Part shown: piece by piece, positions 1 to 13,843 of the stretch
How the letters are laid out: every line of letters begins with the position of its first letter
Position numbering within the stretch: position 1 is the stretch's first letter
DNA from: Eledone cirrhosa
Taxonomy: Eukaryota
Assembly: GCA_964016885.1 (NCBI GenBank)
Contig: OZ024760.1
Span: 19,530,001 to 19,594,000 of the forward strand
Direction of reading: 5' to 3'
DNA length: 64,000 nucleotides
Notes under the pieces: generated by a model
Told to the model about the DNA's origin: nothing
Database searches by the model: none
Seen by the model: only the letters and a program-made list of their open reading frames with translations
Position numbers and translations under genes: made by a program

Positions 1-269
1 GCTTCTTGCTACCATAATTTCTATACTTTTCATTTATATATATATAAAATATCATATTTTTAAAATATCATTTTGTTTTAATACAATAATTATGTGTTAA
101 AATTATATTTGAAATTAATGCGATATCATAACATTAATACATTACAAATAAAAATATAATGTTTTGTTAAGAATATTTTATCCCACAGAACCCCTGAATT
201 TGTTCTGGATAGCATGGTTTGGGAAAGAATGTTTTAATTATTTTAAACTAATGACATATTGAGAGATAA

Positions 270-508
270 AAGCTCTGATACTATGGACATGTGGTTAGAA
301 TGTCTCGGGGAAAGAATTACTGGAAAATTTTACTGGCAAAACCGACTGCCAAGTGACCCAGGGGTAAACCCTAAGCAAGATGGCTGGATAACATACATGA
401 ACTTGGCTGGTCTCACTTGGGGATCCAGCCGGATCAATTGGAGTTGGTTGCTTCTGACAGGACCGCTGGAAGGAGCGTTTGAGGAGGACTCAATGATGAT
501 GATGATGA
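270..508 (+). mobile_element. Decayed 3' end of RTE-like LINE with (GAT)n tail
   Basis: Broken frame YYGHVVRM..K*PRGKP*ARWLDNIHELGWSHLGI; related copy on - strand near 51897-52093. Confidence 0.6.
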
Positions 509-1117
509 TATATCAACTGATAAATATTTAATTAATTTCAATATCCAGTATAACACTACATATATTTATCATTGTTATAATACAAATTATTGGTTATATA
601 TATTATATCAGCAACCATATATTATGTAAACCATTTATAATGTTTTCTTCACAACACAATTATCTTAATTTTAAAATATTTAAAAAATTTTTTTAACAAA
701 TTTTATTAACAAATTTTATTTAAACTTGGAACATACGACCTGAATCAGTTATTAGCTGCCAGGACACTGCATCCTTTAAAACATCCATGTTTCCTAAAAT
801 TCGTCAATGCTACACCTGATATTCCCACTCCATGCAAACACACACATGTATACCATGACTCATATACTGTTCACTTTGCTGATATTTGTACATTATTCTA
901 TGTACTATACATGCACCTTTGACGAGTTGTAGTGCACCTTAACACTGTACACAATAATTTCATTATTATTATTATAATGTTACATTTTGTGATCATTTTT
1001 AATCTCTCTTTAATGATAGAATATCTGATAATAAATATATCAAATATATAATAAAATATAGTAGAGTCAATTGTCCAGATATAAGTTAATATCATGTTGC
1101 ATAATATCATTTTATAG

Positions 1118-1156
1118 TTCCTCCGGTACAAGTTATAACATTGGAGTTAACAACTG
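1118..1156 (+). CDS. Micro-exon VPPVQVITLELTT
   Basis: tttatag|39 nt|gtaaga, phase 1-1; divergent array member. Confidence 0.75.
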
Positions 1157-2459
1157 GTAAGAGTTTAGTGTTTAAATTAATTAGCAACTAAAATATAACA
1201 TTAGATTATATAATATATATACCGTAATATAACTATTTCTGCACAGAATTATGAAATCATTTATTTTAACAACATAGGTGATAATTCTAACCATGACAAT
1301 ATTTTCATGTATAATAGCTAATATGTATGGTTTATTCTAATAATCACAGATATATTCCTAATATCTCCATTAAAATATATACTTGATAATTAAATTGTTG
1401 GTTTCACTGTTGATTATATGAAATTGCCTCTGTTGAAATATATTTTGCTAATAGTAATAATGATGAATACAAACCAGAAATATACTCATAGGATATCAAT
1501 ATTTAATATTGATCACTAATCTTAACTGGTCACCTCAAATTTTAGCATGTTACACCTGGAAATTAAAAAGTTTATTTTATCTTAATATATTTGTACATTT
1601 TTCAGAAAATATCAACCATGTCTCTGATTCATTTTCTTATCTTCATCACATTTTTCTCTCTTATCCTCATTTATCAACTGGTTTACATTTTTACATGTTA
1701 AACACATTTTACTTTGGTTGATGTTCAGACTATATTGGTTTATCAATGATGTCATAGAATTTGTTGATTAATAAAATAATTAGACATATAAAGATTTCTG
1801 CTTGTGTAATGAGACTTACTTTCATCATATAAACCATTAGAATGATCAACTAGTAACATGTGTGCATTTAAATTTAATCTCTCACACACACACACCTATA
1901 TATACATATATATATATATATCCGTATGTGGTTGACATCTGAGAAAAGCGAGTACTCAATTCCGTGGTAGAATTTAAAAATTCATTTTATTAAGGCTAAA
2001 TAGTGAATCTTGTCACTGATGTTTTGCCTGTTTATCACAAGGTAATCAGACAAACCTTAATAAAATGAATACATATACATGCACACACACACACACACAC
2101 ACATATATATACATATATATATCAATACTACGTATATATTTATCACTTTCCAGACCTCTCTAAATTGTAATTCTTCTATGATATCGTAATGAAACAAAAT
2201 GTTTCTAAGACACCAAATCTGCTACAAAGCTCTTTCATCATTGAAATCATTTGAAATACTTAAGTATTTCGAAAGCAGTTCATAAAATATTGTGTTTCAA
2301 CTTGAATATTGCATTATCTCAATTCATTTTGTGATAATATATAATCTCCCTATATTGATATGATATATAATAAAATGTATTATAATTCAGTTGTCCAATA
2401 ATTCTAGGAAAATATGGTGTTATATCAGTTAACTCCCATATTTAATAATATTCTTATAA

Positions 2460-2491
2460 CTCCTCCAGTCAAAATGTGTAATTAACAACTG
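2460..2491 (+). pseudogene. Dead copy of type-A micro-exon
   Basis: Homologous flanks, but acceptor AG>AA, donor GT>TT and 32 nt length. Confidence 0.7.
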
Positions 2492-2869
2492 TTAAGGATT
2501 TAGTAATTAAATGAAATATCATTTAATATAATATTAAATTATATAATACAATTCTCATACTTTATATTTAAATTAACATTTAATAATATGGTTTTAAAAT
2601 AATTGGCATTATAGACATAGTCTTTAATGTGTTGAAATGTCCATGATTTTCAGCAGGCATCTGCAGAATGGATTGTGCCCCGTCTGTGCTTTCCTTCTAT
2701 TTTTAAATACACTTTATCAAGTAACCACACAACTCCTTGTTTCTTGAGAACTTTTATATATATATATATATCATTTAAAAATATTAATTTCAAAAGAGTT
2801 TTAAATCTTTCTCTATAAAATTTAATTATATATCATGTGTCTCATCTTATGTTGTGATATTATATTAGA

Positions 2870-3052
2870 TTGGCAGTATCGGTAGAGAGTCGGACGCCAT
2901 GCTTTGACGCATAGAGTTACGGCCCTTGCCAATCTGAGTTCAAATCCCACCGTGATTAACTTTGCCTTTCATCCTTACGGGGTTGATAAAATAAAGTACC
3001 AGTAATGCACTGGGTATGTTGCTGGCCTTGTGCCAAACGTAGAAACAATTAT
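2870..3052 (+). mobile_element. tRNA-derived SINE family A
   Basis: B-box GAGTTCAAATCCC followed by GCCTTTCATCCTTACGGGGTYGATAAAATAAAGTACCAG body; many copies in window. Confidence 0.75.
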
Positions 3053-3191
3053 ATAATCTCTCACTCATAATAAAATATCTGGTAAACAATATATTAATCC
3101 CATAATAAAATACATGGTATAGTCAGTTGTCCAATAATTCTAGGATAACATTGTGTTATAACAATTAACTCCCATATTTCATATCTTATAG

Positions 3192-3230
3192 CTCCTCCAG
3201 CACCAGTTAATCCTGTGGAATTAACAACTG
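3192..3230 (+). CDS. Micro-exon U1-A APPAPVNPVELTT
   Basis: tatag|39 nt|gttagg. Confidence 0.75.
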
Positions 3231-3408
3231 GTTAGGATTTAGTACTCAAATTAATTAGAATCTAAATATAACATATAATACAATTCCCATATTTATATTT
3301 AAATTAACATTTAAAAATAGGGTTTTAAAATAATTACCATTATATATATATATCATTTAAAAATATTAATTTGTTATTCTGACACATGAGATAATATATT
3401 TTTAACAG

Positions 3409-3447
3409 CTGCTCCTCCCCCTGTTAAACCTGTGGAACTCACAACTG
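3409..3447 (+). CDS. Micro-exon U1-B AAPPPVKPVELTT
   Basis: aacag|39 nt|gtaagg. Confidence 0.85.
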
Positions 3448-3786
3448 GTAAGGATTTAGTAATTAAATTAATTAGCAACTAAATATAACATTAAATTATA
3501 TATAACACATTTGTAATATACTATAATATTTAATTTAATATAATATACTTTAAATTATTTCTTTAATGTAAAATTCTAAAATCTTGTATTGTGACATCTT
3601 AATATAATACAAAGTGCTACATAGTTTATAAATGACTGTGGTAGATCTTTTGTATGATATTAATCAGAGAAAAGAATAAACATTTTGCATAAAAACCATC
3701 ATTTTAAAATTCATATCAGTGTGTTTAATGTTACTATCTATATTATTATAAAGCACTCAAAATATTTTGTAATATCACTTTTCTAG

Positions 3787-3825
3787 CTCCCCCATCACCA
3801 GTTAAACCTGCAGAATTAACAACTG
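3787..3825 (+). CDS. Micro-exon U1-C APPSPVKPAELTT
   Basis: ttctag|39 nt|gtaagg. Confidence 0.85.
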
Positions 3826-4283
3826 GTAAGGATTTAGTAATTAAATTATATAGAAACTAAATATAACATTAAATTCCATAATATATTTCCTATATTTAAT
3901 TAAGATGATCTATTACATACAGGAAAACATTTCTGTTATTAAAATTATATAAGTCATCCTAGGTAGAAGTAAATATTCTAAATATGTTTTATATAGAATT
4001 CAAACAAAACATTATAAACTTTATAATTAACCATTTTTTACCAACCTGGCCACAACTGGCTCTGGTTCTATGTAATAAAACCACCCATTTTAAAGATTTT
4101 CCCTTTTAAATTCAAAATCTTCCAGCATAATTTTATATAAGAACCTTACATTAAGTTGCTATTTTCAGAATAAGTTACTATTTTCAGAATATAATACAAT
4201 TCTGAAAATAATTGCCATTATGTATGCTCTATTTGAAAATATTACCTTTTTACTCTGACACATAAGACAATATATTTTAACAG

Positions 4284-4322
4284 CTGTACCTCCCCCTGTC
4301 ATACCTGTTGAACTTACAACTG
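4284..4322 (+). CDS. Micro-exon U1-D AVPPPVIPVELTT
   Basis: aacag|39 nt|gtaaga. Confidence 0.85.
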
Positions 4323-4602
4323 GTAAGATAATTAATATCTGAGAAATATGTAGCTAATATTTCTAACCGTCAGCACTTTCATCTACAATATCTAATGTAT
4401 ATATTATATTTTCTTAAACACGTGTTTTTCTGATATATTCTTTACATTTAAAATATAAATTATCGCATTCCATTTTATTTTATAAAGAAAATTAGATATA
4501 ATAATATCTTAGAATACTTTTTCTATTCTATTACTTAAATCTATATACATAAAAGATATTTCACTTTCTTTATCTGACACATAAGACAATATATTTTAAC
4601 AG

Positions 4603-4641
4603 CTCCACCTCCCCCTGTTATACCTGTGGAAGTTACAACTG
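4603..4641 (+). CDS. Micro-exon U1-E APPPPVIPVEVTT
   Basis: aacag|39 nt|gtaaga. Confidence 0.85.
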
Positions 4642-5540
4642 GTAAGAGAATTAGTATTTGACAAATATATAGCTAATATTTCTAACAATGACCATTATTT
4701 AATAGTGCAATATTTTCAGATACAATATCTAATATGATTGTTATATTCACTATTCTAATTACCATGCAGATATATATTTAAAACTGTATTGTCAACACAT
4801 CAAATGTTTTTCCTACAGAAGTAATCATATATATAACTTTTTATCCTAACTGGACACTCAAATTTTGGCATGATTCACCTGGAAATTAATAACACATAAT
4901 TAAAATATTACTTCATGTTAATATGTTTTTATAATTTTCAGAAATTATCAATGGTTTCTTTTATTTATTTTTTAATCCCATCATATTCTGTCTTACGCTC
5001 ATTCACCCCTACCCCCCTACCCCCACCCCTGTTTTACACGTTTACATGTTAAACACAGTTTACTTCGATTTATGATCAAACTACATTGATGTATGCTCGA
5101 TAGATTAGAATATCAGAATATATACAACAATTAAACCTGTAAATATTCTCCTTAGAAATATAAGATAGTAAAAATGTGTGCATTTAAATTTAATGTCAAA
5201 CATATCTACTCACAAAATGTTCACAGGGCTAAAACTATCATCTTTATATGATATCTTAAAAGAAAAATAGAATTCAAAAAAGAATTTAAAACTTTTCATA
5301 ACTTATTCTTCATTATTCTGTAACTTTAAAAGATTTTTAAAACTTTGTCTATAAACTTTAATTATATATCAATTACTTCATTTCATGTATGTTGTGGTAT
5401 GATATAATCTCTTACTAATAATAAAATATCTGGTAAACTATATTAATCCCATAGTAAAATACATGGTATAGTCAGTTGTCCAATAATTCTAGGATAACAT
5501 TGTGTTATAACAGTTAACTCCCATATTTCATATCTTATAG

Positions 5541-5579
5541 CTCCTCCAGCACCAGTTAAACCTGTGGAATTAACAACTG
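5541..5579 (+). CDS. Micro-exon U2-A APPAPVKPVELTT
   Basis: AG|39 nt|GTAAG. Confidence 0.85.
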
Positions 5580-5758
5580 GTAAGGATTTAGTACTCAAAT
5601 TAATTAGCATCTAAATATAACATATAATACAATTCCCATACTTTATATTTAAATTAACATTTAAAAATAGGGTTTTAAAATAATTATCATTATATATGTA
5701 TATCATTTAAAAATATTAATTTGTTATTCTGACACATGAGATAATATATTTTTAACAG

Positions 5759-5797
5759 CTGCACCTCCCCCTGTTAAACCTGTGGAACTCACAACTG
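5759..5797 (+). CDS. Micro-exon U2-B
   Basis: AG|39 nt|GTAAG. Confidence 0.85.
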
Positions 5798-6136
5798 GTA
5801 AGGATTTAGTAATTAAATTAATTAGCAACTAAATATAACATTAAATTATATATTACACATCTGTAATATACTATAATATTTTATTTAATATAATATACTT
5901 TAAATTATTTCTTTAACGTAAAATTCTAAAATCTTGTATTGTGACATCTTAATATAATACAAAGTCCTACATTGTTTATAAATGACTGTGGTAGATCTTT
6001 TGTATGATATTAATCAGAGAAGAGAATAAACATTTTGCATAAAAACCATCATTTTAAAATTCATATCAGTGTGTTTAATGTTACTATCTATATTATTATA
6101 AAGCACTCAAAATATTTTGTAATATCACTTTTCTAG

Positions 6137-6175
6137 CTCCCCCATCACCAGTTAAACCTGCGGAATTAACAACTG
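6137..6175 (+). CDS. Micro-exon U2-C
   Basis: AG|39 nt|GTAAG. Confidence 0.85.
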
Positions 6176-6564
6176 GTAAGGATTTAGTAATTAAATTATA
6201 TAGAAACTAAATATAACATTAAATTCCATAATATATTTCCTATATTTAATTAAGATGATCTATAACATACAGGAAAACATTTCTGTTAGTAAAATTATAT
6301 AAGTCATCCTAAGTAGAAGTAAATATTCTTAATATGTTTTATATAGAATTCAAACAAAACATTATTACTTTATAATTAACCCTTTTTACCAACCTGGCCA
6401 TAACTGGCTCTGGTTCTATGTAATAAAACCACCCATTTTAAAGATTTTCCCTTTTAAATTCAAAATCTTCCAGCATAATTTTATATAAGAACCTTACATT
6501 AAGTTACTATGTTAGTAATGAAATAATTGATAATTTTAGTACATATTGGAAAAGTCTTCATTCA

Positions 6565-6773
6565 CCCTTTAGCATTTAACCCAGCCATATCCAGCCTGAA
6601 TTATCTCATCTCTTTCTGTTCAAACTGGCTGTTACCAGCTGCTCATACTGATGTTAAGGTATTTTTCTCAAAATAAATAATATTAAATTCTCAGATATTC
6701 GATAATTATGTTAGGTAAAGCCTTACCCATGAAAATATAATAGTAAATATAGTGTAATGTAAATGCTAAAGGG
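6565..6773. mobile_element. piggyBac-like MITE family 1 (also at 11566-11774 and 14233-14441)
   Basis: TIRs CCCTTTAGCATTTA..TAAATGCTAAAGGG; TTAA flanks in other copies. Confidence 0.75.
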
Positions 6774-6921
6774 CTAATTAATTAAAAGAGTGTATTTAAT
6801 TAGAAATGCAGTCATGAAAGGGTTAAATTAGTATATAATACAATTCTGAAAATAATTGCCATTATGTCTACTCTATTTGAAAATATTACCTTTTTACTCA
6901 TAAGACAATATATTTTAACAG

Positions 6922-6960
6922 CTGTACCTCCCCCTGTCATACCTGTTGAACTTACAACTG
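6922..6960 (+). CDS. Micro-exon U2-D
   Basis: AG|39 nt|GTAAG. Confidence 0.8.
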
Positions 6961-7240
6961 GTAAGATAATTAATATCTGAGAAATATGTAGCTAATATTT
7001 CTAACCGTCAGCACTTTCATCTACAATATCTAATGTATATATTATATTTTCTTAAACACGTGTTTTTCTGATATATTCTTTACATTTAAAATATAAATTA
7101 TCGCATTCCATTTTATTTTATAAAGAAAATTTGATATAATAATATCTTAGAATACTTTTTCTATTCTATTACTTAAATCTATATCCATAAAAGATATTTC
7201 CCTTTCTTTATCTGACACATAAGACAATATATTTTAACAG

Positions 7241-7279
7241 CTCCACCTCCCCCTGTTATACCTGTGGAAGTTACAACTG
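7241..7279 (+). CDS. Micro-exon U2-E
   Basis: AG|39 nt|GTAAG. Confidence 0.85.
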
Positions 7280-8205
7280 GTAAGAGAATTAGTATTTGAC
7301 AAATATATAGCTAATATTTCTAACAATGACCATTATTTAATAGTGCAATATTTTCAGATACAATATCTAATATGATTGTTATATTCACTATTCTAATTAC
7401 CATGCAGATATATATTTAAAACTGTATTGTCAACACCACATCAAATGTTTTTCCTACAGAAGTAATCATATATATAACTTCAATATATAATATCGATAAC
7501 TAATTATCCTAACTGGACACCTCAAATTTTGGCATGATTCACCTGGAAATTAATAACACATAATTAAAATATTACTTCATGTTAATATGTTTTTATAATT
7601 TTCAGAAATTATCAATGGTTTCTTTTATTTATTTTTTAATCCCATCATATTCTCTCTTACGCTCATTCACCCCCTCCTCCTACCCCCACCCCTGTTTTAC
7701 ACATTTACATGTCAAACACAGTTTACTTCGATTTATGATCAAACTACATTGATGTATGCTCGATAGATTAGAATATCAGAATATATACAACAATTAAACC
7801 TGTAAAAATTCTCCTTAGAAATATAAGATAGTAAAAATGTGTGCTTTGCAATTTAATCTCAAACATATCTACTCACAAAATGTTCACAGGGCTATATCTA
7901 TCATCTTTATATGATATCTTAAAAGAAAAATAGAATTCAAAAAAGAATTTAAAACTTTTCATAACTTATTCTTCATAATTCCGTAACTTTAAAAGATTTT
8001 TAAAACATTGTCTATAAACTTTAATTATATATCAATTACTTCATTTCATGTATGTTGTGGTATGATATAATCTCTCACTAATAATAAAATATCTGGTAAA
8101 CAATATATTAATCCCATAGTAAAATACATGGTATAGTCAGTTGTCCAATAATTCTAGGATAACATTGTGTTATAACAGTTAACTCCCATATTTCATATCT
8201 TATAG

Positions 8206-8244
8206 CTCCTCCAGCACCAGTTAAACCTGTGGAATTAACAACTG
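8206..8244 (+). CDS. Micro-exon U3-A
   Basis: AG|39 nt|GTAAG. Confidence 0.85.
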
Positions 8245-8423
8245 GTAAGGATTTAGTACTCAAATTAATTAGCATCTAAATATAACATATAATACAATTG
8301 CCATACTTTATATTTAAATTAACATTTAAAAATAGGGTTTTAAAATAATTATCATTATATATATATATCATTTAAAAATATTAATTTGTTATTCTGACAC
8401 ATGAGATAATATATTTTTAACAG

Positions 8424-8462
8424 CTGCACCTCCCCCTGTTAAACCTGTGGAACTCACAACGG
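8424..8462 (+). CDS. Micro-exon U3-B
   Basis: AG|39 nt|GTAAG; synonymous ACT>ACG. Confidence 0.85.
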
Positions 8463-8790
8463 GTAAGGATTTAGTAATTAAATTAATTAGCAACTAAATA
8501 TAACATTAAATTATATATTACACATCTGTAATATACTATAATATTTTATTTAATATAATATACTTTAAATTATTTCTTTAATGTAAAATTCTAAAATCTT
8601 GTATTGTGACATCTTAATATACTACAAAGTCCTATATTATTCACAAATGACTGTGGTAGATATTTTGTATGATATTAATCAAAGAAAAGAATAAACATTT
8701 TGCATAAAAACCATCATTTTAAAATTCAAATCAGTTACTATCTATATTATTATAAAGCACTCAAAATATTTTGTAATATCACTTTTCTAG

Positions 8791-8829
8791 CTCACCCATC
8801 ACCAGTTAAACCTGCAGAATTAACAACTG
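8791..8829 (+). CDS. Micro-exon U3-C AHPSPVKPAELTT
   Basis: AG|39 nt|GTAAG. Confidence 0.85.
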
Positions 8830-9276
8830 GTAAGGATTTAGTAATTAAATTATATAGATTATATAAATTCCATAATATATTTCCTATATTTAATTAAGAT
8901 GATCTATAACATACAGGAAAACATTTCTGTTATTAAAATTATATGTCATCCTAGGTAGAAGTAAATATTCTTAAATATGTTTTATATAGAATTCAAACAA
9001 AACATTATAAACTTTATAATTAACCCTTTTTTACCAACCTGGCCACAACTGGCTCTGGTTCTATGTAATAAAACCACCCATTTTAAAGATTTTCCCTTTT
9101 AAATTCAAAATCTTCCAGCATAATTTTATATAAGAACTTTACATTAAGTTGCTATTTTCAGAATAAGTTACTATTTTCAGAATATAATACAATTCTGAAA
9201 ATAATTGCCATTATGTATGCTCTATTTGAAAATATTACCTTTTTACTCTGACACATAAGACAATATATTTTAACAG

Positions 9277-9315
9277 CTGTACCTCCCCCTGTCATACCTG
9301 TTGAACTTACAACTG
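9277..9315 (+). CDS. Micro-exon U3-D
   Basis: AG|39 nt|GTAAG. Confidence 0.85.
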
Positions 9316-9577
9316 GTAAGATAATTAATATCTGAGAAATATGTAGCTAATATTTCTAACCGTCAGCACTTTCATCTACAATATCTAATGTATATATTAT
9401 ATTTTCTTAAACATGTGTTTTTCTGATATATTCTTTACATTTAAAATATAAATCATCTCATTCCATTTGATATAATAATATCTTAGAATACTTTTTCTAT
9501 TCTATTACTTAAATCTATATCTCATAAAAGATATTTCCCTTTCTTTATCTGACACATAAGACAATATATTTTAACAG

Positions 9578-9616
9578 CTCCACCTCCCCCTGTTATACCT
9601 GAGGAAGTTACAACTG
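9578..9616 (+). CDS. Micro-exon U3-E APPPPVIPEEVTT
   Basis: AG|39 nt|GTAAG. Confidence 0.85.
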
Positions 9617-10540
9617 GTAAGAGAATTAGTATTTGACAAATATATAGCTAATATTTCTAACAATGACCATTATTTAATAGTGCAATATTCTCAGATACAA
9701 TATCTAATATGATTGTTATATTCACTATTCTAATTACCATGCAGATATATATTTAAAACTGTATTATCAACACATCAAATGTTTTTCCTACAGAAGTAAT
9801 CATATATATAACTTCAATATATAATATTGATAACTAATTATCCTAACTGGACACTTCAAATTTTGGCATGATTCACCTGGAAATTAATAACACATAATTA
9901 AAATATTACATCATGTTAATATGTTTTTATAATTTTCAGAAATGACCAACGGTTTCTTTTATTTATTTTTTAATCCCATCATTTTCTCTCTTACCCTAAT
10001 TCACCCCTACCCCCCTACCCCCACCCCTGTTTTACACGTTTACATGTTAAACACAGTTTACTTCGATTTATGATCAAACTACATTGATGTATGCTCGATA
10101 GATTAGAATATCAGAATATATACAACAATTAAACCTGTAAATATTCTCCTTAGAAATATAAGATAGTAAAAATGTGTGCATTTAAATTTAATGTCAAACA
10201 TATCTACTCACAAAATGTTCACAGGGCTAAAACTATCATCTTTATATGATATCTTAAAAGAAAAATAGAATTCAAAAAAGAATTTAAAACTTTTCATAAC
10301 TTATTCTTCATAATTCCGTAACTTTAAAAGATTTTTAAAACTTTGTCTATAAACTTTAATTATATATCAATTACTTCATTTCATGTATGTTGTGGTATGA
10401 TATAATCTCTCACTAATAATAAAATATCTGGTAAACAATATATTAATCCCATAGTAAAATACATGGTATAGTCAGTTGTTCAATAATTCTAGGATAACAT
10501 TGTGTTATAACAGTTAACTCCCATATTTCATATCTTATAG

Positions 10541-10579
10541 CTCCTCCAGCACCAGTTAAACCTGTGGAATTAACAACTG
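10541..10579 (+). CDS. Micro-exon U4-A
   Basis: AG|39 nt|GTAAG. Confidence 0.85.
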
Positions 10580-10758
10580 GTAAGGATTTAGTACTCAAAT
10601 TAATTAGCATCTAAATATAACATATAATACAATTCCCATACTTTATATTTAAATTAACATTTAAAAATAGGGTTTTAAAATAATTATCATTATATATATA
10701 TATCATTTAAAAATATTAATTTGTTATTCTGACACATGAGATAATATATTTTTAACAG

Positions 10759-10797
10759 CTGCACCTCCCCCTGTTAAACCTGTGGAACTCACAACTG
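10759..10797 (+). CDS. Micro-exon U4-B
   Basis: AG|39 nt|GTAAG. Confidence 0.85.
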
Positions 10798-11136
10798 GTA
10801 AGGATTTAGTAATTAAATTAATTAGCAACTAAATATAACATTAAATTATATATTACACATCTGTAATATACTATAATATTTTATTTAATATAATATACTT
10901 TAAATTATTTCTTTAACGTAAAATTCTAAAATCTTTTATTGTGACATCTTAATATAATACAAAGTCCTACATTGTTTATAAATGACTGTGGTAGATCTTT
11001 TGTATGATATTAATCAGAGAAGAGAATAAAAATTTTGCATAAAAACCATCATTTTAAAATTCATATCAGTGTGTTTAATGTTACTATCTATATTATTATA
11101 AAGCACTCAAAATATTTTGTAATATCACTTTTCTAG

Positions 11137-11175
11137 CTCCCCCATCACCAGTTAAACCTGCGGAATTAACAACTG
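11137..11175 (+). CDS. Micro-exon U4-C
   Basis: AG|39 nt|GTAAG. Confidence 0.85.
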
Positions 11176-11922
11176 GTAAGGATTTAGTAATTAAATTATA
11201 TAGAAACTAAATATAACATTAAATTCCATAATATATTTCCTATATTTAATTAAGATGATCTATAATATACAGGAAAACATTTCTGTTATTAAAATTATAT
11301 AAGTCATCCTAAGTAGAAGTAAATATTCTTAAATATGTTTTATATAGAATTCAAACAAAACATTATTACTTTATAATTAACCCTTTTTACCAACCTGGCC
11401 ATAACTGGCTCTGGTTCTATGTAATAAAACCACCCATTTTAAAGATTTTCCCTTTTAAATTCAAAATCTTCCAGCATAATTTTATATAAGAACCTTACAT
11501 TAAGTTACTATGTTAGTAATGAAATAATTGATAATTTTAGTACATATTGGAAAAGTCTTCATTCACCCTTTAGCATTTAACCCAGCCATATCCAGCCTGA
11601 ATTATCTCATCTCTTTCTGTTCAAACTGGCTGTAACCAGCTGCTCATACTGATGTTAAGGTATTTTTCTCAAAATAAATAATATTAAATTCTCAGATATT
11701 CGATAATTATGTTAGGTAAAGCCTTACCCATGAAAATATAATAGTAAATATAGTGTAATGTAAATGCTAAAGGGCTAATTAATTAAAAGAGTGTATTTAA
11801 TTAGAAATGCAGTCATGAAAGGGTTAAATTAGTATATAATACAATTCTGAAAATAATTGCCATTATGTCTACTCTATTTGAAAATATTACCTTTTTACTC
11901 ATAAGACAATATATTTTAACAG

Positions 11923-11961
11923 CTGTACCTCCCCCTGTCATACCTGTTGAACTTACAACTG
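11923..11961 (+). CDS. Micro-exon U4-D
   Basis: AG|39 nt|GTAAG. Confidence 0.8.
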
Positions 11962-12241
11962 GTAAGATAATTAATATCTGAGAAATATGTAGCTAATATT
12001 TCTAACCGTCAGCACTTTCATCTACAATATCTAATGTATATATTATATTTTCTTAAACACGTGTTTTTCTGATATATTCTTTACATTTAAAATATAAATT
12101 ATCGCATTCCGTTTTATTTTATATAGAAAATTTGATATAATAATATCTTAGAATACTTTTTCTATTCTATTACTTAAATCTATATCCATAAAAGATATTT
12201 CCCTTTCTTTATCTGACACATAAGACAATATATTTTAACAG

Positions 12242-12280
12242 CTCCACCTCCCCCTGTTATACCTGTGGAAGTTACAACTG
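12242..12280 (+). CDS. Micro-exon U4-E
   Basis: AG|39 nt|GTAAG. Confidence 0.85.
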
Positions 12281-13209
12281 GTAAGAGAATTAGTATTTGA
12301 CAAATATATAGCTAATATTTCTAACAATGACCATTATTTAATAGTGCAATATTTTCAGATACAATATCTAATACGATTGTTATATTCACTATTCTAATTA
12401 CCATGCAAATATATATTTAAAACTGTATTGTCAACACATCAAATGTTTTTCCTACAGAAGTAATCATATATATAACTTCAATATGTAATATTGATAACTA
12501 ATTATCTTAACTGGACACCTCAAATTTTGGCATGATTCACCTGGAAATTAATAACACATAATTAAAATATTACTTCATGTTAATATGTTTTTATAATTTT
12601 CAAAAATTATCGATGGTTTCTTCTATTTATTTTTTAATCCCATCATATTCTCTCTTACGCTCATTCACGCCCCCCCCCCCCCCCCCACGCCACCCCTGTT
12701 TTACACGTCTACATGTTAAACACAGTTTACTTCGATTTATGATCAAACTACATTGATGTATACTCGATAGATTAGAATATCAGAATATATACAACAATTA
12801 AACCTGTAAAAATTCTCCTTAGAAATATAATATAGTAAAAATGTGTGCATTTAAATTTAATGTCAAACATATCTACTCACAAAATGTTCACAGGGCTAAA
12901 ACTATCATCTTTATATGATATCTTAACAGAAAAATAGAATTCAAAAAAGAATTTAAAACTTTTCATAACTTATTCTTCATAATTCCGTAACTTTAAAAGA
13001 TTTTTAAAACTTTGTCTATAAACTTTAATTATATATCAATTACTTCATTTCATGTATGTTGTGGTATGATATAATCTCTCACTAATAATAAAATATCTGG
13101 TAAACAATATATTAATCCCATAGTAAAATACATGGTATAGTCAGTTGTCCAATAATTCTAGGATAACATTGTGTTATAACAGTTAACTCCCATATTTCAT
13201 ATCTTATAG

Positions 13210-13248
13210 CTCCTCCAGCACCAGTTAAACCTGTGGAATTAACAACTG
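13210..13248 (+). CDS. Micro-exon U5-A
   Basis: AG|39 nt|GTAAG. Confidence 0.85.
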
Positions 13249-13427
13249 GTAAGGATTTAGTACTCAAATTAATTAGCATCTAAATATAACATATAATACA
13301 ATTCCCATACTTTATATTTAAATTAACATTTAAAAATAGGGTTTTAAAATAATTATCATTATATATATATATCATTTAAAAATATTAATTTGTTATTCTG
13401 ACACATGAGATAATATATTTTTAACAG

Positions 13428-13466
13428 CTGCACCTTCCCCTGTTAAACCTGTGGAACTCACAACTG
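13428..13466 (+). CDS. Micro-exon U5-B AAPSPVKPVELTT
   Basis: AG|39 nt|GTAAG. Confidence 0.85.
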
Positions 13467-13804
13467 GTAAGGATTTGTAATTAAATTAATTAGCAACTAA
13501 ATATAACATTAAATTATATATTACACATCTGTAATATACTATAATATTTTATTTAATATAATATACTTTAAATTATTTCTTTAATGTAAAATTCTAAAAT
13601 CTTTTATTGTGACATCTTAATATAATACAAAGTCCTACATTGTTTATAAATGACTGTGGTAGATCTTTTGTATGATATTAATCAGAGAAGAGAATAAACA
13701 TTTTGCATAAAAACCATCATTTTAAAATTCATATCAGTGTGTTTAACGTTACTATCTATATTATTATAAAGCACTCAAAATATTTTGTAATATCACTTTT
13801 CTAG

Positions 13805-13843
13805 CTCCCCCATCACCAGTTAAACCTGCAGAATTAACAACTG
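13805..13843 (+). CDS. Micro-exon U5-C
   Basis: AG|39 nt|GTAAG. Confidence 0.85.
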
